64,000 nucleotides of DNA from Tagaea sp. (GCA_965279525.1 CBDIIB010000004.1:352001-416000); one strand, 5' to 3'. Positions 9,903-20,790 are shown, counted from the stretch's first letter. Notes: generated by a model not told the origin, from the sequence alone. Numbers and translations: made by a program.

Positions 9903-10068
9903 GATTTATCCAATTCAACAAGTTAGGTGCTTAAGCTCCCAATTCTAGCGAAGGAAGGTGGAAACGCAACCAGGCATAACGTCGCGCGGCCGCTGCTTGA
10001 CTTGCGAATGTGTGACGGCTACGGGAGCGCTCCGCCGTGCCCAAGAATTCGACAGGATTTCCCAGACG

Positions 10069-11022
10069 ATGCGCGCATTCACGTTTCCCGGCCAAGGCAG
10101 CCAGGCTCCCGGCATGGGCCGCGACCTCGCCGCAGCCTTTCCGGCCGCCCGTCTCGTTTTCGAGGAAGTGGACGAGGCTCTCGGCCAGAAGCTGTCCAAG
10201 CTGATGTTCGAAGGCCCCGCCGACGAGCTGACGCTGACCGCCAATGCCCAGCCCGCCCTGATGGCCGTCTCGATGGCCGTGATGCGCGTGCTGGAGAGCG
10301 AGGCGAAGCTCGATCTGGGCAAGCATGTCGCGTTCGTGGCGGGCCATTCGCTGGGCGAGTATTCCGCACTCGCCGCCGCCGGCACATTTACGCTTGCGGA
10401 TGCCGCACGCCTGCTGCGCAAGCGCGGCGACGCCATGCAGAAGGCCGTTCCGGTCGGGACGGGCGCCATGGCCGCCCTGCTGGGGCTCGACCTGCCGGCG
10501 GCCGAAGAGGTTGCGGCCGCCTCGCGCCCCTCGCCCGAGGGCAAGGATGAAGTCTGCGAATGCGCAAACGACAACGCGCCGGGACAGGTCGTCGTCTCCG
10601 GCCATAAGGGTGCGGTCGAACGTTCGCTCGAGATCGCCAAGACCAAGGGCGCCAAGCGCGCGATGCTGCTCCCCGTGAGCGCGCCCTTCCACTGCTCGCT
10701 GATGCAGCCTGCGGCGGATGACATGCGGGAGGCGCTCGCTTCCGTGAAGATGGCGCCGCCGCGCGTCCCGCTCGTCGCCAACGTGACGGCATCGGCCATT
10801 TCCGATGCCGGCGAGATCGCGAAGCTTCTCGTGCGCCAGGTCACCGGCCGCGTGCGCTGGCGCGAATGCGTGTCCTACATGAAGGGACAGGGCGTCACGC
10901 AGGCCTATGAACTGGGTGCCGGCAAGGTGCTGTCGGGTCTAGCCAAGCGTATCGAGGCGGACGTCGCGGGCATCGCACTCAACGGGCCGGCCGACATCGA
11001 AGCCTTCGTGAAGACGCTATAG
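10069..11022 (+). CDS. fabD: malonyl-CoA:ACP transacylase
   Basis: FPGQGSQ, GHSLGEY, VSAPFH. Confidence 0.97.
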   Translation: MRAFTFPGQGSQAPGMGRDLAAAFPAARLVFEEVDEALGQKLSKLMFEGPADELTLTANAQPALMAVSMAVMRVLESEAKLDLGKHVAFVAGHSLGEYSALAAAGTFTLADAARLLRKRGDAMQKAVPVGTGAMAALLGLDLPAAEEVAAASRPSPEGKDEVCECANDNAPGQVVVSGHKGAVERSLEIAKTKGAKRAMLLPVSAPFHCSLMQPAADDMREALASVKMAPPRVPLVANVTASAISDAGEIAKLLVRQVTGRVRWRECVSYMKGQGVTQAYELGAGKVLSGLAKRIEADVAGIALNGPADIEAFVKTL

Positions 11023-11034
11023 GGAGTGGTCGGC

Positions 11035-11772
11035 ATGTTCAGCCTTGAAGGCAAGTGTGCGCTCGTCACGGGCGCTTCGGGCGGTATCGGCGGTGCCATC
11101 GCGCAGGCGCTTGCCGCGTCCGGCGCCAAGGTCGCCCTTTCGGGCACGCGTGTCGAACCGCTTGAGGCGCTGAAGGCCAGCATCGGCGAGCGCGCGTTCG
11201 TGTGCCCGGGCGATCTGGGCGATGCGGCGGCGACCGAGAAACTGTTCAAGGACGCTGAAGCGGCCCTGGGCCAGGTCGACATCCTCGTCAACAACGCCGG
11301 CCTCACGCGCGACGGCCTTGCGATGCGCATGAAGGACGACGACTGGCAGAAGGTCATCGACGTGAATCTTTCGGCGGGCTTCCGGCTGAGCCGTGCGGCC
11401 TTGCGCGGCATGATGAAGCGCAAGTGGGGCCGCATCGTCGGCATCACGTCCATCGTCGGCGTCACCGGCAATCCGGGGCAGGCGAACTATGCCGCCGCCA
11501 AGGCCGGCATGATCGGAATGTCGAAGGCGCTGGCGCAGGAAGTCGCCTCGCGCGGCATCACGGTCAATTGCGTGGCGCCGGGCTTCATCGTTTCGCCGAT
11601 GACCGAGGCTCTGACCGACGACCAGAAGACGCGCCTGCTGGGCGGAATTCCGCTCGGCCGCATGGGCAATGCTGCCGAAGTCGCCGCCGCCGTCGTCTAC
11701 CTCGCCAGCGAGCAGGCGGCGTACGTCACCGGGCAGACGCTGCACGTGAATGGCGGCATGGCGATGATTTGA
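11035..11772 (+). CDS. fabG: 3-oxoacyl-ACP reductase
   Basis: TGASGGIG, NNAG, YAAAK, GNPGQANY, within the fab cluster. Confidence 0.96.
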   Translation: MFSLEGKCALVTGASGGIGGAIAQALAASGAKVALSGTRVEPLEALKASIGERAFVCPGDLGDAAATEKLFKDAEAALGQVDILVNNAGLTRDGLAMRMKDDDWQKVIDVNLSAGFRLSRAALRGMMKRKWGRIVGITSIVGVTGNPGQANYAAAKAGMIGMSKALAQEVASRGITVNCVAPGFIVSPMTEALTDDQKTRLLGGIPLGRMGNAAEVAAAVVYLASEQAAYVTGQTLHVNGGMAMI

Positions 11773-11974
11773 CGCCGGCAGGCCCTCGCAAGCGGTTGAT
11801 CGCAAACCGTTTCGCGGGCTAGTCAACGGACCGAATTCCGTGTTACCAAACCGCGACTTATGCAATCGACTCCGCCTTGACCGGATGACCGGGAAGACGG
11901 AACTTAGAGGGTGCCGGCCCGGCGGATCCTAGAATCCGTGCAGGGTCGATGCCGAGCCGAACGAGAGGAACAAA

Positions 11975-12211
11975 ATGAGCGACATCGCCGAACGCGTTAA
12001 GAAGATCGTCGTCGAGCATCTGGGCGTCGAGGATGCCAAGGTCACCGAGAACGCCAGCTTCGTCGACGATCTGGGCGCGGACAGCCTCGACACGGTCGAG
12101 CTCGTCATGGCGTTCGAAGAGGAATTCGGCATCGAGATCCCCGACGACGCCGCCGAGAAGATCTCGACCGTGAAGGACGCGATCGAGTTCATCGGCAAGG
12201 CCAAGGCCTGA
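11975..12211 (+). CDS. acpP: acyl carrier protein
   Basis: [20 protein letters not shown]. Confidence 0.98.
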   Translation: MSDIAERVKKIVVEHLGVEDAKVTENASFVDDLGADSLDTVELVMAFEEEFGIEIPDDAAEKISTVKDAIEFIGKAKA

Positions 12212-12237
12212 GTTCCGGTCCGCTCGGAGTGCAATCC

Positions 12238-13500
12238 ATGCGTCGCGTCGTCGTAACGGGCCTCGGTCTGGTCACGCCGCTCGGCTGCGGGGTCGAGACG
12301 ACCTGGAAGCGCCTCGTGGCCGGCGAGTCCGGCCTCGGAGCCATCCAGGCGTTCGACGTCTCCGATCTTCCGTGCAAGGTCGCCGCGAGCGTTCCGCGCG
12401 GCGACACGGCGTCGGGTGGATTCAATCCCGACGATTGGGTCCCGCCCAAAGACCAGAAGAAGATGGACGAGTTCATCGTCTTCGCGCTGGCGGCGGCGAC
12501 GCAGGCTGTCGAGGATTCCGGCTGGAAGCCGACCGACGAGGAAGGCCAGGACCGGACCGGCGTGATGATCGGCTCGGGCATCGGCGGCCTGCAGACGATT
12601 TACGACGGCTCGATCACGCTGAAGGAGCGGGGGCCGCGGCGCATCTCGCCGTTCTTCATTCCGGCGGCACTGATCAACCTCGCGTCGGGCCATCTGTCGA
12701 TCAAGTACGGTTTCCGCGGGCCGAACCATTCGGCCGTCACCGCGTGCGCCACGGGCGCGCATGCGATCGGCGATGCGGGCCGTCTCATCATGCTCGGCGA
12801 TGCCGACGTCATGGTGGCTGGCGGTGCGGAGGCGGCGATCTGCCGGCTCGGGATCGCGGGCTTCGCGGCGGCGCGAGCACTTTCGACCGGCTACAACGAC
12901 GAGCCGACGCGTGCCTCGCGCCCCTGGGACAAGGGCCGCGACGGCTTCGTGATGGGCGAGGGCGCCGGCGTGGTCGTGCTTGAAGAGTACGAGCACGCGA
13001 AGAAGCGCGGCGCCAAGATCTATGCCGAGCTCACGGGCTACGGCCTGTCGGGTGACGCGCACCACATCACGGCACCGTCGGAAGACGGCAGCGGCGGCTT
13101 CCGCGCAATGACGGGTGCGCTGCGCAATGCCAAGCGCAACATCGAGGATATCGACTACATCAACGCGCACGGCACCTCGACGCCGCTTGGCGACGAGATC
13201 GAGCTTGGAGCGGTCAAGCGCCTGTTCGGCCAGCAGGCCTACAAGCTGTCGATGTCGTCGACGAAGTCGGCGATCGGGCACCTTCTTGGCGCTGCCGGCG
13301 GCGTCGAGGCGATCTTCTCGATTCTGGCGCTCCGCGACCAGGTGGCTCCGCCCACGCGCAATCTCGAAAATCCGTCGGATGGCTGCGACATCGATCTCGT
13401 GCCGATCCATGCCAAGCCGCGCAAGATCCGGCATGCGCTGTCCAATTCCTTCGGCTTCGGCGGCACGAATGCGGCCGTGATTTTTTCCAAACTCGACTGA
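12238..13500 (+). CDS. fabF: 3-oxoacyl-ACP synthase II
   Basis: RRVVVTGLG, TACATG, INAHGTST, GHLLGAAG, NSFGFGG. Confidence 0.97.
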   Translation: MRRVVVTGLGLVTPLGCGVETTWKRLVAGESGLGAIQAFDVSDLPCKVAASVPRGDTASGGFNPDDWVPPKDQKKMDEFIVFALAAATQAVEDSGWKPTDEEGQDRTGVMIGSGIGGLQTIYDGSITLKERGPRRISPFFIPAALINLASGHLSIKYGFRGPNHSAVTACATGAHAIGDAGRLIMLGDADVMVAGGAEAAICRLGIAGFAAARALSTGYNDEPTRASRPWDKGRDGFVMGEGAGVVVLEEYEHAKKRGAKIYAELTGYGLSGDAHHITAPSEDGSGGFRAMTGALRNAKRNIEDIDYINAHGTSTPLGDEIELGAVKRLFGQQAYKLSMSSTKSAIGHLLGAAGGVEAIFSILALRDQVAPPTRNLENPSDGCDIDLVPIHAKPRKIRHALSNSFGFGGTNAAVIFSKLD

Positions 13501-13512
13501 CGGGTCGCGCCG

Positions 13513-14496
13513 TTGCGGCCGGCCAGATTCCTCACGCTCGCCGCGGCATTCGTCGTGCTGGCCGGGTGTGCCGGCGCCTGGCACCTGTGGACGCTCTATG
13601 TCGGCGCAGGACCGTCGAACGCCCCGATCCAGCTCGTGATCCCGCGCGCCAGTAGCGGCGATGAGACCGCTGCCCTGCTGGCCGCGAATGGCGTGATCGC
13701 AAGCCCGTTGGCCTTCGGCCTCGGAACGCGGATCGACGGACTGGCGACACGCCTGAAGGCGGGCGAGTACCTGTTCGCCGCCGGAATCTCGGCACGTGGT
13801 GCCGGCGAACTGCTGGCAAGCGGGCGTACCGTGCAACGGCGCGTGACGATCGCGGAGGGCCTGACCGTGGTTCAGGTCGCGAACCTGCTGCGTGCTGCCG
13901 AAGGCATGGACGGCGACGTCGATCCGCTGCCGCCGGAAGGCAGCCTTCTGCCGGAAACCTATTTCTACAGCTGGGGCGATGCACGCGCGCGCACGATCGA
14001 GCGCGCCCAGCGCGCGATGCGCGATGTACTCGCCGAACTCTGGCCCAAACGCGCCGCCGACATTCCGTTCGCCACGGTGCAGGAGGCGGTCGTTCTCGCT
14101 TCGATCGTCGAGCGGGAAACCGCCCATGCCGACGAGCGCGCGCGCGTGGCGGGCGTGTTCGTCAACCGGCTGCGCCAGCGCATGCGCCTGCAGGCGGACC
14201 CCACCGTCGCCTACGGGATCGATCCGGCAGGACCGCTCGGGCGGCCCTTGAGCCGCGCCGATCTCGAGACGCGCCATGCCTGGAACACCTACACGAACGA
14301 AGGCCTGCCACCGACACCCATCGCCAATCCGGGGCGCGCCACGATCGAGGCGACGCTCAATCCGCAGAAGACCGACGAGCTCTATTTCGTCGCCGACGGC
14401 GAAGGGCGGCATGTGTTCGCGCGCACCCTCGCCGAGCACAACCGCAATGTCGCCCGGCTGCGCGAGATCGAGCGCGCGCGGGCAACGAGGAACTGA
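13513..14496 (+). CDS. mltG: endolytic transglycosylase MltG (YceG)
   Basis: EGSLLPETY, LASIVERET, LQADPT, GLPPTPIANPG. Follows fabF. Confidence 0.95.
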   Translation: MRPARFLTLAAAFVVLAGCAGAWHLWTLYVGAGPSNAPIQLVIPRASSGDETAALLAANGVIASPLAFGLGTRIDGLATRLKAGEYLFAAGISARGAGELLASGRTVQRRVTIAEGLTVVQVANLLRAAEGMDGDVDPLPPEGSLLPETYFYSWGDARARTIERAQRAMRDVLAELWPKRAADIPFATVQEAVVLASIVERETAHADERARVAGVFVNRLRQRMRLQADPTVAYGIDPAGPLGRPLSRADLETRHAWNTYTNEGLPPTPIANPGRATIEATLNPQKTDELYFVADGEGRHVFARTLAEHNRNVARLREIERARATRN

Positions 14497-14500
14497 AGCC

Positions 14501-15157
14501 ATGCGCACGCGCGTCAAGATCTGCTGCATCTCGTCGGTCGCGGAAGCGCAGTTGGCCATCCGGCACGGCGCCGACGCGCTTGGCCTCGTCGGGCCGATGC
14601 CCAGCGGCCCTGGCGTGATCGGGCTTGACGAGGCCGCGCGGATCGCACGCATCGTCCCGCCGCCGGTCGCGACGTTCCTGCTGTCGAGCGAGACAGGAGC
14701 TGTCGGGCTGATCGCGCAGGCACAGGCCTGCCGGCCGACCACCTTGCAGATCGTCGATGCGGTCGACGATGTGTCGGTCTATGCCGAAGTGCGCGCGGCG
14801 TGCCCGGGCATCAGGCTCGTGCAGGTCATCCATGTGAGCGGGCCGGAAAGCGTGACCGAAGCGCAAGGCCTGTCGGCGCATGTCGACGCATTTCTGCTCG
14901 ATAGCGGAAATCCAAATCTTTCGGTGAAGGAATTGGGCGGTACCGGCCGCGTGCATGACTGGCCGACGAGTGCCGCGATCGTGCGGGCGGTCGGAATACC
15001 GGTGTTCCTTGCCGGTGGCCTCAAGCCCGACAATGCGGCCAGCGCGATCGACGAGGTGCGGCCCTATGGGCTCGATCTTTGCTCCGGCGTGCGGACGGAT
15101 GGTGCGCTGGACGAGACCCGGCTTGCCGCGTTCATGCAAGCAGTCCGCGCGGCCTAG
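14501..15157 (+). CDS. trpF: stand-alone phosphoribosylanthranilate isomerase-like protein
   Basis: RVKICCI, LLDSG, LGGTGRVHDW, FLAGGL, GLDLCSGVR. Confidence 0.8.
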   Translation: MRTRVKICCISSVAEAQLAIRHGADALGLVGPMPSGPGVIGLDEAARIARIVPPPVATFLLSSETGAVGLIAQAQACRPTTLQIVDAVDDVSVYAEVRAACPGIRLVQVIHVSGPESVTEAQGLSAHVDAFLLDSGNPNLSVKELGGTGRVHDWPTSAAIVRAVGIPVFLAGGLKPDNAASAIDEVRPYGLDLCSGVRTDGALDETRLAAFMQAVRAA

Positions 15158-15158
15158 A

Positions 15159-15920
15159 TCAGCCCTTGCGCGGCAGGCGCCGCAAGATCGGATCGAGAAG
15201 GCCTGGCGGGATCGCCGCGACAAGCCGGATGGCGGCGTACATCGGCCAAGGAAAGGCGATGCGCGCGCGGTCGCGCTTCAGCCCGCCAAGGATGATCCGC
15301 GCGGCCTTTTCGGCCGGCATCAGGAACGGCATCGGAAAATCGTTTTTCGCGGTCATCCGCGTGGTGACGTAGCCCGGGCAGATCACGTTGACCTTGATCC
15401 CGCGGCGTTGCCAGTCGGGGCGCAGCGCTTCGCCCCAGACGCGCACCGCAGCCTTGCTGGCACAGTAGGCGGGTGCCCCCGGCAATCCGCGGAAGCCGGC
15501 AAGCGACGAGATGATCGCGACCTGTCCGGACCCGCGCGGCGCCATCGCTTCGAGTGCGGGCATCACGGTATTGACCACGCCGTCGACATTCGCGGCGAAG
15601 ATCGCGCGCGCCTGCCCAGCACCTTCCGAACCGCCTTGTGTCCCGGCCGAAATGCCGGCATTGGCGATTGCGAGATCGAGCGGTCGGTGCGCGTCCGTTT
15701 CGGTCACGAACGCGGCCATCCTTTCGCGGTCGCCCACGTCGATGGCCGCTTGGACGATCTCAGCGCCCTGCAGCCGGCAGGCCTCGGCCACGCCGGCGAG
15801 CCGTCCGGCGTCGCGGCCGGTCAGCGCAAGAAAGGTTCCGGGGCGGGCGAGGGCGCGCGCCATCGCCTCGCCAAGGCCGGACGAGCCGCCGGTGATCAAA
15901 ATGCTGCGCCAGTTCCACAT
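15159..15920 (-). CDS. SDR-family oxidoreductase
   Basis: ITGGSSGLG, IANAG, YCASK, ICPGYVTT. Confidence 0.9.
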   Translation of the reverse strand: MWNWRSILITGGSSGLGEAMARALARPGTFLALTGRDAGRLAGVAEACRLQGAEIVQAAIDVGDRERMAAFVTETDAHRPLDLAIANAGISAGTQGGSEGAGQARAIFAANVDGVVNTVMPALEAMAPRGSGQVAIISSLAGFRGLPGAPAYCASKAAVRVWGEALRPDWQRRGIKVNVICPGYVTTRMTAKNDFPMPFLMPAEKAARIILGGLKRDRARIAFPWPMYAAIRLVAAIPPGLLDPILRRLPRKG

Positions 15921-15997
15921 GCCGTTGTTCCCTTCGCAGGGGCCTGTATAACTCTTTCCAGTCCCCCGCCGCGATTCGCCTTTTCCGGAGACGCGCC

Positions 15998-16888
15998 TTG
16001 ACCATTGCAAGCATGACAGGTTTCGCGCGCGCCAGTGCCGAAGCGCTCGGCCGCACGGCGACGTGGGAAGCCCGCTCGGTCAATGGCCGCGGGCTCGACG
16101 TGCGGCTGCGTACGCCGCCGGGATTCGACCGGCTGGAGAACGAGATCCGCGCGCGCACGGCCAAGCGGTTCGACCGCGGCAACGTGTCGCTGAACCTGAC
16201 GCTCGAAACGCCGGCGGCAGCCCCACGTCTGCAGATCAACCGGGCGGCCCTCGATCAGGTGATCGCACTGATCGGCGAATTGTCCGGCCGCCTCGACGCG
16301 GCGGCACCTCGCCTCGACGGCCTGCTCGGCGTTCGCGGCGTGATCGAGACGGTCGTGGAGACGCCGCTAGCAGAGGCCGAGCAGGCGAAGATCGATGCGG
16401 CGATATTGTCCTCGCTCGACAAGGTGCTCGACGGTCTTGTCGCCGCGCGGCGCGATGAAGGGCGGGCGTTGCTCGCCATCCTCGATGCGACTCTTGCCGA
16501 GGTCGCCACGCTGACAGGCGAGGCGGCCGCGAATGCGGCCACGCAGCCAGCCGCGATCAAGGCGCGGCTCGAAGCGCAGATCGCCGATCTGCTCGGGTCG
16601 CAGAACCCGATAGCGCCCGAGCGGCTCGCCCACGAGACGGCCCTGCTCGCCGTCAAGGCGGACGTGCGCGAGGAGCTCGACAGGTTGCGCGCCCATATCG
16701 GGCAGGCACGCGAGCTTTTCGCAAAGGGCGGTGCGGTGGGGCGCAAGCTCGACTTCCTCAGCCAGGAATTCAACCGGGAAGCCAACACGCTGTGTTCGAA
16801 GTCGTCGGACATAGCACTGACGCGGATCGGCCTGGCGCTCAAGACGGCCATCGACCGGCTGCGCGAACAGGCCGCCAACGTGGAGTGA
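15998..16888 (+). CDS. yicC: YicC/YloC family endoribonuclease
   Basis: [45 protein letters not shown]. Confidence 0.94.
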   Translation: MTIASMTGFARASAEALGRTATWEARSVNGRGLDVRLRTPPGFDRLENEIRARTAKRFDRGNVSLNLTLETPAAAPRLQINRAALDQVIALIGELSGRLDAAAPRLDGLLGVRGVIETVVETPLAEAEQAKIDAAILSSLDKVLDGLVAARRDEGRALLAILDATLAEVATLTGEAAANAATQPAAIKARLEAQIADLLGSQNPIAPERLAHETALLAVKADVREELDRLRAHIGQARELFAKGGAVGRKLDFLSQEFNREANTLCSKSSDIALTRIGLALKTAIDRLREQAANVE

Positions 16889-17529
16889 CGGACGTGGATC
16901 CGGACATCAACCGACGCGGCGTGATGCTGGTGCTGTCTTCGCCCTCGGGTGCGGGCAAGACGTCGATCAGCCGCGAGCTCCTTCGCCGCGAGCCGTCGCT
17001 CAGCATGTCGGTATCGGCGACGACGCGCCCGAAGCGTCCCGGCGAGACGAACGGGAAGGACTACCATTTCGTCGACGCGACCGAGTTCGGCCTGATGATC
17101 AACCGCGGTGAATTTCTCGAACATGCAAAGGTGTTCGGGAACTACTACGGGACGCCGCGCAAGTACGTCGAAGCGAAGCTTGCCCAGGGTCTCGACGTGC
17201 TGTTCGACATCGACTGGCAGGGCACGCAGCAGCTTCGCGAGCAGGCCGAGAACGATCTGGTCTCGGTCTTCATCCTGCCGCCGTCGACATCGGAACTCGA
17301 GCGGCGCCTCAACGCGCGTGCGCAGGACCCCGCACATGTCGTGGCCCAGCGCATGGGGCAGGCGGCCAACGAGATGAGCCACTGGCCGGAATACGATTAC
17401 ATCGTCGTGAATCGCGATCTCGACGCTTCGGTCGCCAAGGTCCAGGCGATCCTGACGGCCGAACGCACCCGGCGCGAGCGTCAGATCGGGTTGGGTGACT
17501 TCGTCAGGCGCCTGCGCGACGGGCGCTGA
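16885..17529 (+). CDS. gmk: guanylate kinase
   Basis: [33 protein letters not shown] start overlaps the yicC stop. Confidence 0.96.
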   Translation: MTDVDPDINRRGVMLVLSSPSGAGKTSISRELLRREPSLSMSVSATTRPKRPGETNGKDYHFVDATEFGLMINRGEFLEHAKVFGNYYGTPRKYVEAKLAQGLDVLFDIDWQGTQQLREQAENDLVSVFILPPSTSELERRLNARAQDPAHVVAQRMGQAANEMSHWPEYDYIVVNRDLDASVAKVQAILTAERTRRERQIGLGDFVRRLRDGR

Positions 17530-18367
17530 CGGCGCGCGCGAGCGCGCAGAATTCCGGGATCGACAGTGTCTCGGCCCGCCGGGTCGGATCGATGCCGGCT
17601 TCGGCGCACAAGGCCCCCGCATCGTGTCCGAGCGACTTCAGCGACTGGCGCAGCATCTTGCGCCGCTTGCCGAAAGCGGCGGCCGTCACACGCTCAAGTG
17701 TAGCGGCGTCGGCAGGTGCCAGTGGCTCCGCACGCGGGCGCAATTCGACAACCGCCGAGACGACCGCCGGCGGCGGGGAGAACGCGCCGGGTGAAATGTC
17801 AAACAGGCGCCTGGCAGTCCAGCGCCACTGCGCGGCGACCGCAAGCCGGCCGTAACCTTCTTCATCCGGTGCCGAGACGATCCGCTCGACGACTTCCTTC
17901 TGCAGCATCACGACGATGCACTCGAACGCATCTGGCCTTGCGAGCCAGCCCAGCAGCATCGGTGTCCCGACATTGTAGGGGAGGTTCGCCACGATCCGTC
18001 GCGGCGGCGTGCCGAGCGATGCGGCGTCGAGTTCGAGGGCGTCGGCCTCGATCGTCTCGAGGCGGCCTGGATACGCCGCGGCGATTTCCGCGAGTGCGGG
18101 CAGGGCGCGCGCATCCCGCTCGATGGCGACGACATGCCGGGCCCCTTCGGCCAGAAGTCCGCGCGTGAGGCCGCCCGGGCCCGGGCCGACTTCGATCGTC
18201 GTGCCTTGCGACAGGTCGCCGGCCGCGCGCGCGATGCGCCGCGTGAGGTTCAGGTCGAAAAGGAAGTGCTGGCCGAGCGACTTGCGCGCGGCAAGGCCGT
18301 GCTTGCGGACGATCTCGGCGAGCGGCGGCAGGCCGTCGGCCGGGCCGGCACTGCCCCCTGGGCTCAC
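17504..18367 (-). CDS. rsmA: 16S rRNA m6,2A dimethyltransferase
   Basis: [37 protein letters not shown] start overlaps the surA stop. Confidence 0.96.
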   Translation of the reverse strand: MSPGGSAGPADGLPPLAEIVRKHGLAARKSLGQHFLFDLNLTRRIARAAGDLSQGTTIEVGPGPGGLTRGLLAEGARHVVAIERDARALPALAEIAAAYPGRLETIEADALELDAASLGTPPRRIVANLPYNVGTPMLLGWLARPDAFECIVVMLQKEVVERIVSAPDEEGYGRLAVAAQWRWTARRLFDISPGAFSPPPAVVSAVVELRPRAEPLAPADAATLERVTAAAFGKRRKMLRQSLKSLGHDAGALCAEAGIDPTRRAETLSIPEFCALARAVSARRAGA

Positions 18368-19635
18368 GCGCGTATGTCGACGACGGCGACGCGCCGCAGG
18401 TCGCGCAGGTAGCGCCGCGCCGCGTTGTCGAGGCGCTGGCGGATCAGGTTGTCCTCGATGTCCGCGGCCGTCGGCAGATTGGATTGCGGCTCGGTGCGCA
18501 CGCACACCATCGCCATGCCGATGCCGCCGTCCGACAATGTCGGCTCGGTCGTCTCGCCGACCTTGAGCGGCCGGATGCGGTCGCGGGTCGATGCGGCGAG
18601 GTCGCCGATACGCACTTCAGGTACGCGAACCGGTGCCGGAACACGAATTTCCGCGGCAACCCGCTCGAGATCGGCGCAACCCTGAACCGTTTCCCGGATC
18701 GTCTCGGCCAGCGACATGACCGAATCGCGGTCGGCCGGCGTGGCGCCGGCCGGAACCGGCAAGACGATCTGGGCGATGTCGACGCGCGCATCGTCGGGCG
18801 AAGCGGGAGCGAGCACGCGCTTGTCACGCATGCCGTAGAGATAGTAGCCGGACGGCGAGCGGATCGGCTGGGTCATGCGCCCGGATTCGGTCGCCGCCAG
18901 GATGCCTTCCGTCTCGGGATCGAATTGCCCGCGCTGCACCCAGCCGATGTCGCCGCCATCGGTGGCCGACGCGGCCTGGGAGAACTGCTGGGCTGCGACG
19001 GCAAAGGGGATGGCGCCGCTGACGAGCTGCTTCACGAGGTCGTCCACCGTTCGGCGGACATCGTCTTCCTGGTCGGGATTGTCGATGGCGATGAAAATTT
19101 CCGAAAGCAGGTACTCCGCGACCGGTTCGCCCTGCGTATAGCGCGCAAGGGCTTCGTCGACCTCATCGCGGCTCACCTCGATCTGCGAGCGCAGGCGGCC
19201 GGTGACCAGGCGCTGCCAGGCCATCGTCGCCTCGATCTGCCGGTCCATGGCACTGCGCGGAACGCCGGCCCCCCGGAGGATCTGGTCGAGGCCGCCAGCA
19301 GGCAGCTTGTTGGACTGCTCGATGCGCTTGATCGCGGCATCGATCTCGGTTTTCGGGATCGTCAGCCCGAGACGCTTGGACTCCTGGACCTGGATCCGCT
19401 CGTCGATCAGCTGGCGCAGGACCTGTGCCCGCATGCGCTGGCGCACGTCGGGCGAATCGGGGGCCCCGGTCGAAACCAGAGTCAGCGCGATACGGCCGTC
19501 GATGTCGAAATTGGAGACGATATCGTCGTTGACGACGGCGACGATCCGCTGCTCCTGGGCAAGAGCCGGCGAGACGGCAAGCAGGGCGACGGCGGCGCAG
19601 AGCGCGAATCGTCTAAGGTTGACGGTCATTTTCAT
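18364..19635 (-). CDS. surA: SurA-like periplasmic PPIase chaperone
   Basis: Signal peptide, [16 protein letters not shown]...GGDIGWV parvulin motif. Sits between lptG and rsmA. Confidence 0.88.
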   Translation of the reverse strand: MKMTVNLRRFALCAAVALLAVSPALAQEQRIVAVVNDDIVSNFDIDGRIALTLVSTGAPDSPDVRQRMRAQVLRQLIDERIQVQESKRLGLTIPKTEIDAAIKRIEQSNKLPAGGLDQILRGAGVPRSAMDRQIEATMAWQRLVTGRLRSQIEVSRDEVDEALARYTQGEPVAEYLLSEIFIAIDNPDQEDDVRRTVDDLVKQLVSGAIPFAVAAQQFSQAASATDGGDIGWVQRGQFDPETEGILAATESGRMTQPIRSPSGYYLYGMRDKRVLAPASPDDARVDIAQIVLPVPAGATPADRDSVMSLAETIRETVQGCADLERVAAEIRVPAPVRVPEVRIGDLAASTRDRIRPLKVGETTEPTLSDGGIGMAMVCVRTEPQSNLPTAADIEDNLIRQRLDNAARRYLRDLRRVAVVDIRA

Positions 19636-19690
19636 GGCGGCCCGATATATAGGCGGAACGGGTGGCGGGTGCAAATCGGGGACATGGCGG

Positions 19691-20785
19691 CTATCCGTCC
19701 TCGAGATGCAGCAGCATGGCGATGCCCAGCATGCTCGAGACGACGGCAGGCGTCCATGCGGCAAGGGCGACCGGGATCGTTGCGCTCTGGCCGAGCGCGC
19801 CGACCAGGCTGGAGGCGAAGAAGAGCACGAACCCGACGGAGACGCCGGATATGACCAGCAGCCCGGTTCCGCCGCGCCGATGCGGCCGCAACGAGAACGT
19901 CGCGGCGATCAGGACCATGGCGGCAAGCAGGATGGGCGTGGCGACAAGCTGATGCCAGTGCAGGCGGTGACGGGTCGCCGTAAAGCCCGCCGCCTCCAGC
20001 ATGCGGATGACGCCCGGCAGTTCCCAGAACGAAATGGTCAGCGGCGAAGCGAAGGAATCCTGGATCTGCTCGGCTGTCATCGCCGTGGGAATCCGGTACG
20101 AAGTCTCGAAGCGGGCCGGACGCTCGGGTGCTGTCAGCCATGCATCCGTCACGAGCCAGTGGCCCGTCTCCAGACGCGCACTTGCCGCATCCACACGGCT
20201 GACAAACCGGTCCTGTCCTTCGAAGTTGAGGATGATGACGTCGAAGAGCTGCATTTCCTGCGAAGCCACCCGGCGCGCGTAGACGACGGAGTTCCCGTTC
20301 GGGTCGACCTGTCGAAGCCAGAAGCCGGTGTTCGAGACCGCGAGTAAGCTGGATCCACCCCCGATCAGTTGGGCTTCCAGACGCTCGAATTGGCCATAGA
20401 GCACCGCACCGGCCGGATTGATGACGGCGACCTTGAAGACCCCGAACAGGGCGGCAAAGCCGATGACCGGCAGCAGGAACTGCCAGACCGAAACGCCGGC
20501 CGCACGCGCGACGGTCAATTCGTGGGAACGGGTCAGACGCCAGAACGTGATCATCGAGGCGAACAGCACGACGAACGGCGCCAGTTCCTCGGCCATGTGC
20601 GGAAGTTTGAGCAGGGCCATGCGCAGGACGATCCCTGTCGACATGCTCGGCCTGCTGGAAGCGCGGCGCAGAAGCTCGATCGCGTCGAACATGTAGACGA
20701 TCGCCAGGAACATCGCGAGGAAGCCGATCATCGCGAACGCGAACTGGCGGCCGATATAGCCAAGGAGGGTCGAGGAAAGCCGCAT
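19691..20785 (-). CDS. lptG: LPS export ABC permease LptG
   Basis: ELTVARAAGVSVWQ, ISFWELP, LAAWTP, LLHLEDG C-terminus. Confidence 0.93.
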   Translation of the reverse strand: MRLSSTLLGYIGRQFAFAMIGFLAMFLAIVYMFDAIELLRRASSRPSMSTGIVLRMALLKLPHMAEELAPFVVLFASMITFWRLTRSHELTVARAAGVSVWQFLLPVIGFAALFGVFKVAVINPAGAVLYGQFERLEAQLIGGGSSLLAVSNTGFWLRQVDPNGNSVVYARRVASQEMQLFDVIILNFEGQDRFVSRVDAASARLETGHWLVTDAWLTAPERPARFETSYRIPTAMTAEQIQDSFASPLTISFWELPGVIRMLEAAGFTATRHRLHWHQLVATPILLAAMVLIAATFSLRPHRRGGTGLLVISGVSVGFVLFFASSLVGALGQSATIPVALAAWTPAVVSSMLGIAMLLHLEDG

Positions 20786-20790
20786 TGCCG

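Noticed and set aside
11929-14742. 937-aa antisense ORF, and similar long shadow ORFs (33114-35492, 59348-61906, 52633-54456, 37586-39214)
   Set aside because: They overlap well-identified genes, are Arg/Gly/Ala-rich and have no recognisable motifs. This is expected from stop-codon scarcity in high-GC DNA.
17504-17529. 26-bp convergent overlap of gmk and rsmA (and a 4-bp overlap of MCP and xth)
   Set aside because: Short 3' overlaps are common in compact genomes, and both genes of each pair appear intact.
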